Shown in pieces: positions 1-9,860 of a stretch of 64,000 nucleotides of DNA. The stretch is taken from the NCBI GenBank assembly GCA_019058365.1, contig JAHPZE010000003.1, positions 224,001-288,000 on the forward strand, written 5' to 3'. The stretch is from Promethearchaeota archaeon (GTDB lineage: Archaea; Asgardarchaeota; Lokiarchaeia; Sigyniarchaeales; SOKP01). The translations under genes were made by a program, and so were the position numbers. Each line of letters starts with the position of its first letter. Positions within the stretch are counted from its first letter, which is position 1. The notes below the pieces were generated by a model, which saw nothing but the letters and a program-made list of their open reading frames with translations, did not search any database and had not been told where the DNA came from.

Positions 1-2
1 TA

Positions 3-2501
3 CAAAGACGTTTAGAGGATCTTTCTCAAGAAAAAGAAAATTTAATAAAAAAAATTGACTCTTCTGAGGAAGAGTACGAGAAAAATACAAAAGATATTAC
101 AGGAATTCTCCAAATTTTAAATATGCTCACCCAGAATATTAATATCTCAGTTGAATCTATTAAGGGTAATATACAACAATCGAATGCAGAGGCAATTGAA
201 TCTTCAGCAGAAGATTTTAAAAAGTATATATTAGATATCATTGATATTATGAAAACAGTAGAGGATATTGGTGAAGATACAGATAAATCTACTGAAATGA
301 CAGAAATGCTAAGCTCTATTATGCAAACTTTAAAAATGTTCACAGATAATGCTGATGACACAATTAATCAATTAATCGATAAAGTAAAAGAATCCGCCGA
401 CATTGAAGTACAAAGTTCGACCTCTACATTTGATAGTTTTGTTCAAGATTTAATGGAAATTCTCGAAAATGTATATCTTTCTTTAAGAAAACTAACTATG
501 TCTAAAAGTCAAGAACTATACAAACAATTGGAAGATATTTCAGATACTATTAAATCTCAAACCGATGATTTTAACAAAATTGAGAATCAATTAACTGAAA
601 GTAATATCCAAGAAAAACACTTATCTGAAAATCTTTCAGTATATAATAAAAGACTTAATGAAATTGATAAAAGAAATACTGAATTAACTGAAAGAATTAA
701 AAAAGGAGAAAACGAGATTAATGAAAGAGAGAAGATAATCAAGAACAGACAATCAGAAGCTAACACCTTGGATAATGATATAGAGAAATTAAAAGAATTA
801 AAGGATACATATTGGGATAACCTTTCTACAATTCAAGATGGTATTGATAAAAAACAAAAAGACTCAGAAAATCTGAGAGAAAAATTACAAGAATTGCATG
901 GAATTCAGAATTTATTTGATAATATTGCTGAAATCGATGATAATATAGAAAAATTGAATAGCACTATTGGAGAAAAGAAAAATTTAATTATAAATACAGA
1001 AGAAAATATTAAAAATATTCAAGAAGAGCAAAACTCATTACAAAAAAAGATTGATGACCTTGTTCTAAAAAAACAGAATTTCTGGGAAATAACAGAGAAA
1101 TTTCGAAAGCAAATCGAGGATGAAAATAAAGCGCTTGAAGATATAATGGATCGCTTAAGAGCGCTTGAAAATGTAATGAGGATTATCAACTCTATTGAAG
1201 ATATTAAAAAAGAAAATAGTGATGCTAAAAATAGCGTTGAAACTTGCTTAAAGGATATTGAAGGATTGAATTCTCAGGTTGAGGAAATCCAAAAGAATGT
1301 AGATCAAAAACAAGAAGTAATAGATTCTTTAAGAAATGAAAAAATAGAAGAGTTAGAATCACAGAAAGCTGCCCAGAAGAAATTAAACAAATTGAATAAA
1401 GATTTACAGAAATCTCAAGGGAAGTTGAATGAGTTAAATAAAAATAAAGAAAGAGAACAAAAAATTATTGGGTTACATCAAGATATAAAAGATACGGAAG
1501 AACAGATTGAATCAATAATAAAAGAATTAGGTAATTTTAAAGAAATTTTAGATAGTGAAAATGAAAAGAAAAACGAGAAGCAAAAGGAAATTGATAAGTT
1601 TACACAAGAAAAAGATGAATCATGGAAAAAGCAAAAACAATACCAGAAAATTATAACTGACTTAAAATCAGATCTCTCTATGGAGAATTCTAAAATCAAC
1701 AATTTCGAATCAAAGAAGATAATGTGCACCGATCAAATTGAAACTTTATTCCAACGCTCTAAAGAATATGGATCATTACCTCCAATAACTGACGGACTTT
1801 CAGAACCAGAATTACAATCAGATATTGTAGAAAAAACGCAGAAGAAAAAAGCTCTTGAACCTGTGAATTTAAAAGCAATTGAACAATATGACACTGTAAA
1901 AGAAAGATTTGATGAGATAGATATGAGACGACAAACAATACAAAGAGAAAGGAAATCAATTCTGGACGCCATTGATAAAATTGAATTAGAAAAGACAAGA
2001 ACATTTATGAAAGCATATCACGAGATAAATAGAGAATTTAGTAGGATTTTTCAAAAGCTTAGTCCTGGTGGTTCAGCAAAAATGATTTTGGATAGACCAG
2101 ATAAGCCATTTGAAGGAGGTGTTAGCATAGAAGCAAGACCAAGAGGTAAAAAAATCAGTTCATTAGAAATATTAAGTGGTGGTGAAAAAACATTAGTAGC
2201 TTTATCTTTTATATTTGCTATTCAAGAATTTTATCCTGCGCCGTTTTTCGTTTTAGATGAGATCGATGCAGCCCTCGATGGTCCTAATGTCCACAGAGTC
2301 TCCATGCTGCTGAGAGAATTCTCCACACAATCACAATTCTTGGTTATAAGTCATAGAGAAGAGAATATTGTAAACGCAGATAGGATATACGGTGTATCCA
2401 TGCAGCAGTCTGGAATTACAGATATTTTTAGTGTTAATTTGGAGGACGAGGCAAAACGCATTTTAGAGCTTGAAGATATCAAGCCAAATATTACAGAATA
2501 A
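3..2501 (+). CDS. smc: Chromosome segregation protein SMC (5'-truncated by window edge)
   Basis: Frame is open from position 3. Long coiled coil followed by the C-terminal ABC head: signature LSGGEKT, Walker B/D-loop FFVLDEIDAALD, H-loop VISH and the PVNLKAIEQY motif. Followed by scpA and scpB. Confidence 0.97.
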   Translation, partial: QRRLEDLSQEKENLIKKIDSSEEEYEKNTKDITGILQILNMLTQNINISVESIKGNIQQSNAEAIESSAEDFKKYILDIIDIMKTVEDIGEDTDKSTEMTEMLSSIMQTLKMFTDNADDTINQLIDKVKESADIEVQSSTSTFDSFVQDLMEILENVYLSLRKLTMSKSQELYKQLEDISDTIKSQTDDFNKIENQLTESNIQEKHLSENLSVYNKRLNEIDKRNTELTERIKKGENEINEREKIIKNRQSEANTLDNDIEKLKELKDTYWDNLSTIQDGIDKKQKDSENLREKLQELHGIQNLFDNIAEIDDNIEKLNSTIGEKKNLIINTEENIKNIQEEQNSLQKKIDDLVLKKQNFWEITEKFRKQIEDENKALEDIMDRLRALENVMRIINSIEDIKKENSDAKNSVETCLKDIEGLNSQVEEIQKNVDQKQEVIDSLRNEKIEELESQKAAQKKLNKLNKDLQKSQGKLNELNKNKEREQKIIGLHQDIKDTEEQIESIIKELGNFKEILDSENEKKNEKQKEIDKFTQEKDESWKKQKQYQKIITDLKSDLSMENSKINNFESKKIMCTDQIETLFQRSKEYGSLPPITDGLSEPELQSDIVEKTQKKKALEPVNLKAIEQYDTVKERFDEIDMRRQTIQRERKSILDAIDKIELEKTRTFMKAYHEINREFSRIFQKLSPGGSAKMILDRPDKPFEGGVSIEARPRGKKISSLEILSGGEKTLVALSFIFAIQEFYPAPFFVLDEIDAALDGPNVHRVSMLLREFSTQSQFLVISHREENIVNADRIYGVSMQQSGITDIFSVNLEDEAKRILELEDIKPNITE

Positions 2502-2607
2502 TGAAAATATTTCATAGAGGTAGGTAATAATTTCAAAAAATGAACACAATTCAGTTGAAAAATATAATTTTAAAGAATGGACTGTAAATGATTTAAGGGA
2601 ATTTGCA

Positions 2608-3537
2608 TTGAAAAACAATATTAAAATTCCTTCTAAATCTAAAAAAAAGGATATTATTGAATTACTTCAAAATATAACATCTAATCCTGATTTCGTTGAT
2701 CGATCCTTAGAAGAAGAAATGAAAGAGCCCGAAGTAGAATTAATTGCTGAGTTTGATGATGATGAGGATCTTGCATTATTGAGAAAAGAGAAAACTGAAT
2801 TGAAATTTTGGCAAAAACCACCCTTTTCAAGTCTTTTAGATACAGAATTAGCAAAAGAATCCGATATAGCTTTTTATGATTTATCAAAATTAGTAGAAAC
2901 TTTTTTTGATAATATGCTACATGAAGAATTGATTAATTATAAGATTTCTGGAATTGCACTTAAAACATCGGCATCTTTACATCATTACAAAATTTCAAGT
3001 ATAATAAAAGAAGAGGAACAAATTCAAAAAAGAGAAGAATTAGAAAAATTCAGACAAAGTCATTCTAGATCAATCCCAAAAGCATTACCTCAGCCAATCT
3101 CCCCTAAAATGCAAATTGCTACCAAAGATGAATTATTTGATGCTATGCGGTCAGCTATTATTGAAGTTATGCAGAATCAAGAAAAACTAAAAAGAAGAAG
3201 AATGCGAAGAGAAGAACTTAAAGATCAAAAGATCCAAATGAAGTCTAAAGCCCAATTACCCAAAGAACTCTTAAAACATATTAGTGGAAAGGAGCAAACA
3301 GTTGAAGAATTGCATGAATCATGGTATAATCGAATAAAAGCTACAATCAATTTAAACAATAAAGAGACTAGTATTTATGATTTAATGAATATTATTAAAA
3401 ATGAAGAAAAAAGTAGTATAGGGAGGAAGTTTTCATTAGTACGTATGTTTTTAGCTTTATTGTTTTTATCTACTGGAAGTAAATTAAACTTATCTCAAGA
3501 GGAAGATTTCCAAAATATTTTAATCGATATTAGTTAA
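2608..3537 (+). CDS. scpA: Kleisin ScpA
   Basis: N-terminal kleisin helices (DIAFYDLSKLVETF...SGIALKTSASLHHYK) and C-terminal winged helix (RMFLALLFL...LSQEEDFQNI). Lies between smc and scpB. TTG start. Confidence 0.88.
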   Translation: MKNNIKIPSKSKKKDIIELLQNITSNPDFVDRSLEEEMKEPEVELIAEFDDDEDLALLRKEKTELKFWQKPPFSSLLDTELAKESDIAFYDLSKLVETFFDNMLHEELINYKISGIALKTSASLHHYKISSIIKEEEQIQKREELEKFRQSHSRSIPKALPQPISPKMQIATKDELFDAMRSAIIEVMQNQEKLKRRRMRREELKDQKIQMKSKAQLPKELLKHISGKEQTVEELHESWYNRIKATINLNNKETSIYDLMNIIKNEEKSSIGRKFSLVRMFLALLFLSTGSKLNLSQEEDFQNILIDIS

Positions 3538-3578
3538 AAGTAAATCCTATAAAAATTATTATTAAAAGTGGTGAGAAT

Positions 3579-4535
3579 TTGGAGGAAAATTCGGATGAAA
3601 AAACTAACGAGAAAATAGAAAATAATACTGAAGATGTTCTTAATAAAGAAAATATTGAAGTAATTGAAGAAGAAATTAAAGATGTAGAAAATGTTGTTAA
3701 AAAAGAATCTAAACAAATAGATTCAAATGTATCAATAAAAGAAATTGAAGGCGAGATCATTGAGGAGCTAGAAACAGAATCAGAAGATATTGAAAAACAA
3801 GAATTTATTGAAGAATTAGATCAAGAACCAGAAAATCTACTAATCGAAGAATTTATAGTTGAGCAAAATGTTGAAGATACAACAAATATGCATGAAGATG
3901 CGTTAGAAGGCACAATAATTGATGAAAGCGTATTAGAACTTGATGAAAAAGCTCTTCATCGAAATTTTATTGAAGCGGCTCTCTATGCAGCTGGAGGGCC
4001 TTTAACAATAGAAGAGCTATCAAATAAATTAGAATTTCCTAAAAAAGAAGTTGAGAATTTAGTAAATGAATTAGCTTTTGGTTATTTAGAACGTGTTACA
4101 TCACTAATCATTGCACAAATTGGAGATAGGTATCAAATGCAGATTAGACCAGAATATACGGAAAAAATATCAAAATTTGCTAAAGGAGGAGCAATAGCGG
4201 AAAGATATTTAAGAACTTTAACAATTATTGCTTTAAAGCAACCGATCTTAAAATCAATGGTTATAAAATTAAGGGGTAGTGGAGCATATGAGCATGTAAA
4301 GTACCTTTTAGATAATGAATTCATAAACGCTGTAAAAAAAGGAAGATCTCAAGAATTAACTACTACAGATAAGTATGCTGAAATGTTTGGGTTGCCAAAA
4401 GATATAAGACAAATGAAACAAGTTATGGTTACTCAATTGGGACTAGAAGAAAGGGGTAAAAGTGAGTCTTCAGGTGAAATTGAGAAAGTGGATCAAGGTG
4501 AACCTATGAGTGAAAATGAAGAAGGAGAAGAATAA
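3579..4535 (+). CDS. scpB: SMC-Scp complex subunit ScpB with long acidic N-terminal extension
   Basis: IEAALYAAGGPL, LRTLTIIALKQPI, LRGSGAY and TTTDKYAEMFGL motifs. SD-like GTGGTGAG upstream of the TTG start. Confidence 0.95.
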   Translation: MEENSDEKTNEKIENNTEDVLNKENIEVIEEEIKDVENVVKKESKQIDSNVSIKEIEGEIIEELETESEDIEKQEFIEELDQEPENLLIEEFIVEQNVEDTTNMHEDALEGTIIDESVLELDEKALHRNFIEAALYAAGGPLTIEELSNKLEFPKKEVENLVNELAFGYLERVTSLIIAQIGDRYQMQIRPEYTEKISKFAKGGAIAERYLRTLTIIALKQPILKSMVIKLRGSGAYEHVKYLLDNEFINAVKKGRSQELTTTDKYAEMFGLPKDIRQMKQVMVTQLGLEERGKSESSGEIEKVDQGEPMSENEEGEE

Positions 4536-4550
4536 ATTTAGAAATCCTTT

Positions 4551-7151
4551 TTATTTAAAGTAATAAACTGTAATATTCAGATCTTCAACATGTTCTATTA
4601 AATCTGGCTTCTTTTTAATTGATTTTTCTAATGTTTTCCCAATTACCTCTAAATCATTTATTCTGATGGTATTTTTTATATCTTCTTTTAGGCTCTCAAT
4701 ATTTTTATGTTGATCTATTTCTGTTATTAAAATTATTTTCTCAACGCTCTCATTCAAAGGTATTTGAAGTTTTGATTTTAACATCCTTAGAGATTTTATG
4801 ATTTCAATACCTAATTTACCTTGTTCAGCTAATGCTTCTGATATATGATCATAAGGTTCTGGCCAATTTTCTAAGGTTATAGACTCTAAGTCCTTAAATT
4901 GTTTATATAAATTAAAATATATTTCTTCTGAAATGAAAGGCATTATAACTGAAGAAATAGTTAATAATTTATAAAAAAGGTTTAAAGCATTCTTTAAGGA
5001 AATTTCTCTTGTTTTTTTATCTTCAACATAAAATTTATACTTTATAGCTTCAATATAATTATCGCAGATTTCACTCCAAAAGAAAGTACGAAAAATCATC
5101 ATAGCTTCATGCCAATTATACCCATCAAAAAGATTTGTGATTAAATTTAAATTTTTATTAAATTCTGAAAAGAAAAAGCTATCTATACTCGAAAAAGCCT
5201 TAGGATCTATTTTAATATCATTTAATTTTATCTTAGTTAAATTTAAATATAAAAATCTATATGCGTTCCAAATTTTAGTTAAAAATCTCGAAGCTCCAAT
5301 TAATTGTTCAAACCTCCTGCGATATTTTTTATTAAATTTATCTTCTGGAAGTTTTTCCATTTCCTTCAAAATAATTTCATTTGATACAGGCTGTTTGTTT
5401 TGCAGATCTATCCAAGTGAATTCAAAGGGATAATCATCTCCAAGGGTTCCCATCGCAGTCCAGTATCTTATTGAATCGGCTCCAAATTCAGGCATGACTT
5501 CCTCTGGTGCAATAAAGTTTCCCAAACTCTTTGACATATGCCTTCCATCCGGACCAGCAACCATCCCGTTAATTAATGCTTCATAAAAAGGAGCTTTTCC
5601 GGTTAAAATTTTACATCGAAATAATGTGTAAAATAACCAAGTTCTTATAATTTCATAACCTTGTGGACGATGAACTTTTGCATTCATATAAGCTCTTCTA
5701 AAGAATTCAGCATCTTCTGTCCATTTTGATATTTCTAAAGGTGTAAGACTTGAGTCAATCCAACAATCACAAACATCTTTTTCACCTATAATATTTTTAC
5801 TTTTGCATTTTGGACACTGTTTAATCGGTGGTGAAATTTTCACAGGATTTAATGGTAAATCATCTCTTTTAGGTGGTATAATCTCACCACAATCCTTGCA
5901 ATACCAAAATGGTATAGGTGTACCAAAAAAACGTTGACGTGAGATCACCCAATTCCAATCTAAACCTTTTGCCCAATCTATTAATCTTTGTTTTTGTTTT
6001 TCTGGATACCATTTCATTAATTCTCCAGATTCAATAATTTCACTTGTAAAATCCTTAACATTAATAAACCACTGATATATGGGTAAATATTCTATAGGTT
6101 TCCGACAAGATGATCGTTCTGAATGCACAATGATACTATGTTCATAATCTTCAATTTTTTCGATTAATCCCAATTTATCAAGATCTTTAACAATTTGGTC
6201 TCTTGCTTCCATAATTGTTAAACCTTGATATTTAGAATTTTCATTCATATGCCCATCTTCAGTAAAAATTTGGATCTCATCCAGATTATATTCAAGTTTC
6301 CACTTTATATCCATTTCATCACCATAAGTACAAACATAAACAATGCCAGTACCAAAATTCATATCAACAGTGTTATCCATATAAACTCGAACAGCACGGC
6401 TTGTAAATGGAATTTCTATTTCAGAAGCAGAAATATCATAATAACGATCATCATTTGGATGAACCATAACAGCAACACAAGCTTCCATGTATTCAGGGCG
6501 TGTAGTAGCTATTGTAATAAATTCATTTTCTCTCCCTACAATTGGCAGTTTTATGTACCATAATTTTCCAGATTCATCTTGATAACCCACTTCTGCTTTT
6601 GCAACAGATGTTTCACAATTCACACAGAAATGAGTTGGAAATTTATCTCTATAAAGCATACCTTTTTCATAAAAATCTAATAGTGAGAGTTGAACTTTTC
6701 GTTTATAATCGTCATTCATTGTTCGATATGTATAATCCCAATCTGTTGAATATCCTAACTCATCCAATTGTCTTGTCATATTTATAATATTGTTTTCTAC
6801 CCATTCTCTACATTTCTCTAAAAAGTTTTCTCGATCATCTTTACTTACACCATAATTTTTTGTTACTGCTAATTCAACAGGTAATCCATGACAATCCCAT
6901 CCTTGGGGGAAATATACATTTTCTCCTCTCATTCGATGGTATCTTGCTACAAAATCTATCCAAGCGTAATTTAAATACTGTCCTATATGCAATACTCCAC
7001 TAACAAATGGGGGTGGTGTATCTATAGTAAAAATTTCATCTTCTCGGTTCTCATCAAAAGCATATATCTTCTTATTTTTCCAATATTTTATCCATTTCTC
7101 TTGAATTACTTTAAAATTAAATCTTTTTGGATAAGTTGTATCTTGTGTCAT
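4551..7151 (-). CDS. valS: Valyl-tRNA synthetase (archaeal type)
   Basis: IDTPPPFVSGVLHIG, GWDCHGLP, ATTRPE, WVISRQRFFGTPIP and MSKSLGN motifs. ATG at 7151 has an AGGA SD; alternative TTG start at 7157. Confidence 0.95.
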   Translation of the reverse strand: MTQDTTYPKRFNFKVIQEKWIKYWKNKKIYAFDENREDEIFTIDTPPPFVSGVLHIGQYLNYAWIDFVARYHRMRGENVYFPQGWDCHGLPVELAVTKNYGVSKDDRENFLEKCREWVENNIINMTRQLDELGYSTDWDYTYRTMNDDYKRKVQLSLLDFYEKGMLYRDKFPTHFCVNCETSVAKAEVGYQDESGKLWYIKLPIVGRENEFITIATTRPEYMEACVAVMVHPNDDRYYDISASEIEIPFTSRAVRVYMDNTVDMNFGTGIVYVCTYGDEMDIKWKLEYNLDEIQIFTEDGHMNENSKYQGLTIMEARDQIVKDLDKLGLIEKIEDYEHSIIVHSERSSCRKPIEYLPIYQWFINVKDFTSEIIESGELMKWYPEKQKQRLIDWAKGLDWNWVISRQRFFGTPIPFWYCKDCGEIIPPKRDDLPLNPVKISPPIKQCPKCKSKNIIGEKDVCDCWIDSSLTPLEISKWTEDAEFFRRAYMNAKVHRPQGYEIIRTWLFYTLFRCKILTGKAPFYEALINGMVAGPDGRHMSKSLGNFIAPEEVMPEFGADSIRYWTAMGTLGDDYPFEFTWIDLQNKQPVSNEIILKEMEKLPEDKFNKKYRRRFEQLIGASRFLTKIWNAYRFLYLNLTKIKLNDIKIDPKAFSSIDSFFFSEFNKNLNLITNLFDGYNWHEAMMIFRTFFWSEICDNYIEAIKYKFYVEDKKTREISLKNALNLFYKLLTISSVIMPFISEEIYFNLYKQFKDLESITLENWPEPYDHISEALAEQGKLGIEIIKSLRMLKSKLQIPLNESVEKIILITEIDQHKNIESLKEDIKNTIRINDLEVIGKTLEKSIKKKPDLIEHVEDLNITVYYFK

Positions 7152-7183
7152 TTTCAATCCTTTTCAACTTTATAAAGATAGAA

Positions 7184-7284
7184 TGGACCTGACGGGAATT
7201 GAACCCGTGACCTCTTGAATGCGAATCTTGTAATTAAGCATGTTACTTAATCTATCAAGCGATCTTCCACTGATCTACAGGCCC
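7184..7284 (-). tRNA. tRNA-Ala(CGC) with a 29-nt intron (7225-7253) at non-canonical position 32/33; CCA not encoded
   Basis: Reverse complement folds as acceptor GGGCCTG/CAGGTCC with G3:U70 and A73, D-stem GATC/GATC, anticodon stem CTTGA/TCAAG with loop TT-CGC-AT after intron removal, and T-arm ACGGG-TTCAATT-CCCGT. Confidence 0.95.
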
Positions 7285-7371
7285 AACTATAATTATATTA
7301 TATTTATATTTTTAAAATCAGAATTACTAAAATTTTTTATTGTTTTTCTTAGAATTTTTAAAAAAATAAGA

Positions 7372-9750
7372 TTAATATTCAGTTCGGGCAATAATTTCAT
7401 CTTGCGCATTTTTTGATAATTCTGTAAAATAAACAGAATATCCTGCGACTCTTACAACTAAGCCTCTATAATTATCAGGATTTAGTTGAGCATCAAATAG
7501 AGTTTCCTTTCCCACAACATTAAATTGTACTTGATAACCACCTTCGGGTTGAAAAAAAGTTCTAAGAAGTGGATTCAAAATTTCTGTATTTAATGTATTT
7601 GGATGAAAAGCTAAAATCAATGAATTACCATTGGTCATTAACTCATTATTGAGTTTTTTTATTGAATTGAGAATGGCTGTTGGACCCTTTTTATCCAAAC
7701 CACTTGTTGGACTTAGACCATTTGAAAGAGGTTCTGTTTTTCTTCTACCATCTGCTGAAGCTCCTGTGAAAACACCAAATGCTAAATGAAATGTTGTGGA
7801 ATAAATTCCGGGATTAAATATCCCCCCTCTATAATTTGAATGCTTTGAAATTTCTTCGCAATAAAATTTTGCGACCTCTACCGCAATCTGATCAACATAA
7901 TCGTCATCATTTCCGAATTTCGGTACTTTGTTAACAAAATATTCTCGCCATTCTGTTCCTTTTTTTCCTTGATAAACACCTCTGAAATTCTTTGCAAGCA
8001 TTTGAACTAAATCTTCAAATGATATGATTTTATCTTCAAAAACAGTTTTCTTAATTACAGCAAGACTGTCTGCAACTGTGGCTAAACCAATTAGCTGTGG
8101 TCCTGTAAAATTATAAATCGCACCACCTTTAGTTATATCAAGACCACGCTCTAAACAATCATCTATAGTTGCAGATAAAAATGGTTGTGGTGTAAGTTCA
8201 GCAATTGCTTTATCAAGAAAATACATCGTTTTTACCATGTAATCAATGAAGAATTTCACTTGATTCTTAAAAGCATCCCAAATATCTTCATAAGAATTAA
8301 TCTCTCTATCATTTTTAAGTCCGTAATCTTTTCTAGTCAACATATCGACTCCATTATTCAATGCTAATTCTAAACATTTTACAACATTAAATTGGTTAGC
8401 ATTTGTTGACCCAAATGATTTATATGGATGTTGAGGTTCAACACATCCTATTGGTGCATATTCGCGAGCATCTTCTAAAGTAAAACCGCGGTTAATAAGA
8501 CCAGGGATCATAACTTGGTCATTAAATAGGGCAATACTAGCACCCTTTTTTATCGATTCTCCAACTTTCAATATAAAATCATCTGATGTATCTTTATGAA
8601 TTCTAACACAAAAAGTTGGCTGGACAGTCTTTATATGAGTATATGCATCCAACATTATCAAAGATAATTCATTTGTAGCATCTTTTCCTTCGCGATCTAT
8701 CCCCCCAATTACTAAATTTTCAGCAATAGGAGGCCCTTCGACAGCTACTACACCTTTTGAAATGACATAATTCCATAAGGTAGAAATTTTAATAAAAAAG
8801 CATTCAATAAGAAATTGAACTTTTTCTTTTGTAATATTTCCCTCTTTTATATCTTTTAAATAATAGGGATATAGATACTGATCTAAGCGCCCTATTGAAA
8901 TGGCAAAACCACCATCTTCTAAACCAGATATTAGATGAGTAAAATAAATTAATTGTATAGCTTCTTCAAAATTATTTGGCTTATTTTGAGAGATTTTCTC
9001 ACAAATTTTAGATATGTCAGAGAGTTCTTCTTGACGTTCAGGATTCTGTTCATTTTCAGCCATTTCTCTCATTAAAACTGAAAATCTCTGTATGAATCTC
9101 TTAGCCGCATTTAATAGAATGATCACTGACTCAAAAAAAGTCTTTTTATTGTTATCATCGGAAAATTTTTTTAAATTCTCTCTCGCTTTATGAATTAAAC
9201 CATTTATTCCATTTTTTAAAACATTTTCATGACCTGGAAAAAAATGACCAATTCCACTAGAGAGTTCAACATCTACGGCAAAAACGAGTTTTTCCATGAT
9301 ATCTCTCAAATCTGAGTCTAAATGTGATTGAAACCGCTCTTGCACAGTAATTTCCTCATCTTTCCAATAAGGAATTATTTCTTCTTTTATAAATTGTCTT
9401 TCTTCATTTGTTAAGAAAAGTTTCTGGACAGGACGAGTATCATAATTATCAATATCTTGTTCTATTGTATCTATTCGAGCTTCAGGATATATGGGAGTTC
9501 CTACAAATTTAGTACATCTATTCCCAACAATATATTCCTCGTCCCATACTTTTATTGTCATATTTGTTAAAAAATAGTCCATAGCTTTCGCAAATCTAAT
9601 AATTGGGTTCTTTCCTTTAGTTTTTTTATAGGAATCTGTAAATAATTTAGCTCTTTCGACACATATTTCATGTGGTGCCTTTATAAGCTTGTTTTTCATT
9701 CTTAAAATGCGTTCTTTATAGTTTGAAATGGTTATTTGTTCCAATTGCAT
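7372..9750 (-). CDS. Glycyl radical enzyme (PFL2/PflD-like, substrate unknown)
   Basis: Cys loop IGCVEP, Gly loop LVVRVAGYS, SIGRLDQYLYPY and VPKFGNDD motifs. About 790 aa. Confidence 0.93.
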   Translation of the reverse strand: MQLEQITISNYKERILRMKNKLIKAPHEICVERAKLFTDSYKKTKGKNPIIRFAKAMDYFLTNMTIKVWDEEYIVGNRCTKFVGTPIYPEARIDTIEQDIDNYDTRPVQKLFLTNEERQFIKEEIIPYWKDEEITVQERFQSHLDSDLRDIMEKLVFAVDVELSSGIGHFFPGHENVLKNGINGLIHKARENLKKFSDDNNKKTFFESVIILLNAAKRFIQRFSVLMREMAENEQNPERQEELSDISKICEKISQNKPNNFEEAIQLIYFTHLISGLEDGGFAISIGRLDQYLYPYYLKDIKEGNITKEKVQFLIECFFIKISTLWNYVISKGVVAVEGPPIAENLVIGGIDREGKDATNELSLIMLDAYTHIKTVQPTFCVRIHKDTSDDFILKVGESIKKGASIALFNDQVMIPGLINRGFTLEDAREYAPIGCVEPQHPYKSFGSTNANQFNVVKCLELALNNGVDMLTRKDYGLKNDREINSYEDIWDAFKNQVKFFIDYMVKTMYFLDKAIAELTPQPFLSATIDDCLERGLDITKGGAIYNFTGPQLIGLATVADSLAVIKKTVFEDKIISFEDLVQMLAKNFRGVYQGKKGTEWREYFVNKVPKFGNDDDYVDQIAVEVAKFYCEEISKHSNYRGGIFNPGIYSTTFHLAFGVFTGASADGRRKTEPLSNGLSPTSGLDKKGPTAILNSIKKLNNELMTNGNSLILAFHPNTLNTEILNPLLRTFFQPEGGYQVQFNVVGKETLFDAQLNPDNYRGLVVRVAGYSVYFTELSKNAQDEIIARTEY

Positions 9751-9860
9751 CTATACCCCTAAATATTATTAATCATTCAGTTTAATTAAAAATATAATTA
9801 TTTTGTCTAATAAACGTTTTTATTTTATTTTTTTAAAAGATTCTGGAGAATTTCTAAGAT

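Noticed and set aside
7372-9750. Annotation as true pyruvate formate-lyase (pflB)
   Set aside because: Lacks the adjacent Cys-Cys active-site pair and has GCVEP instead.
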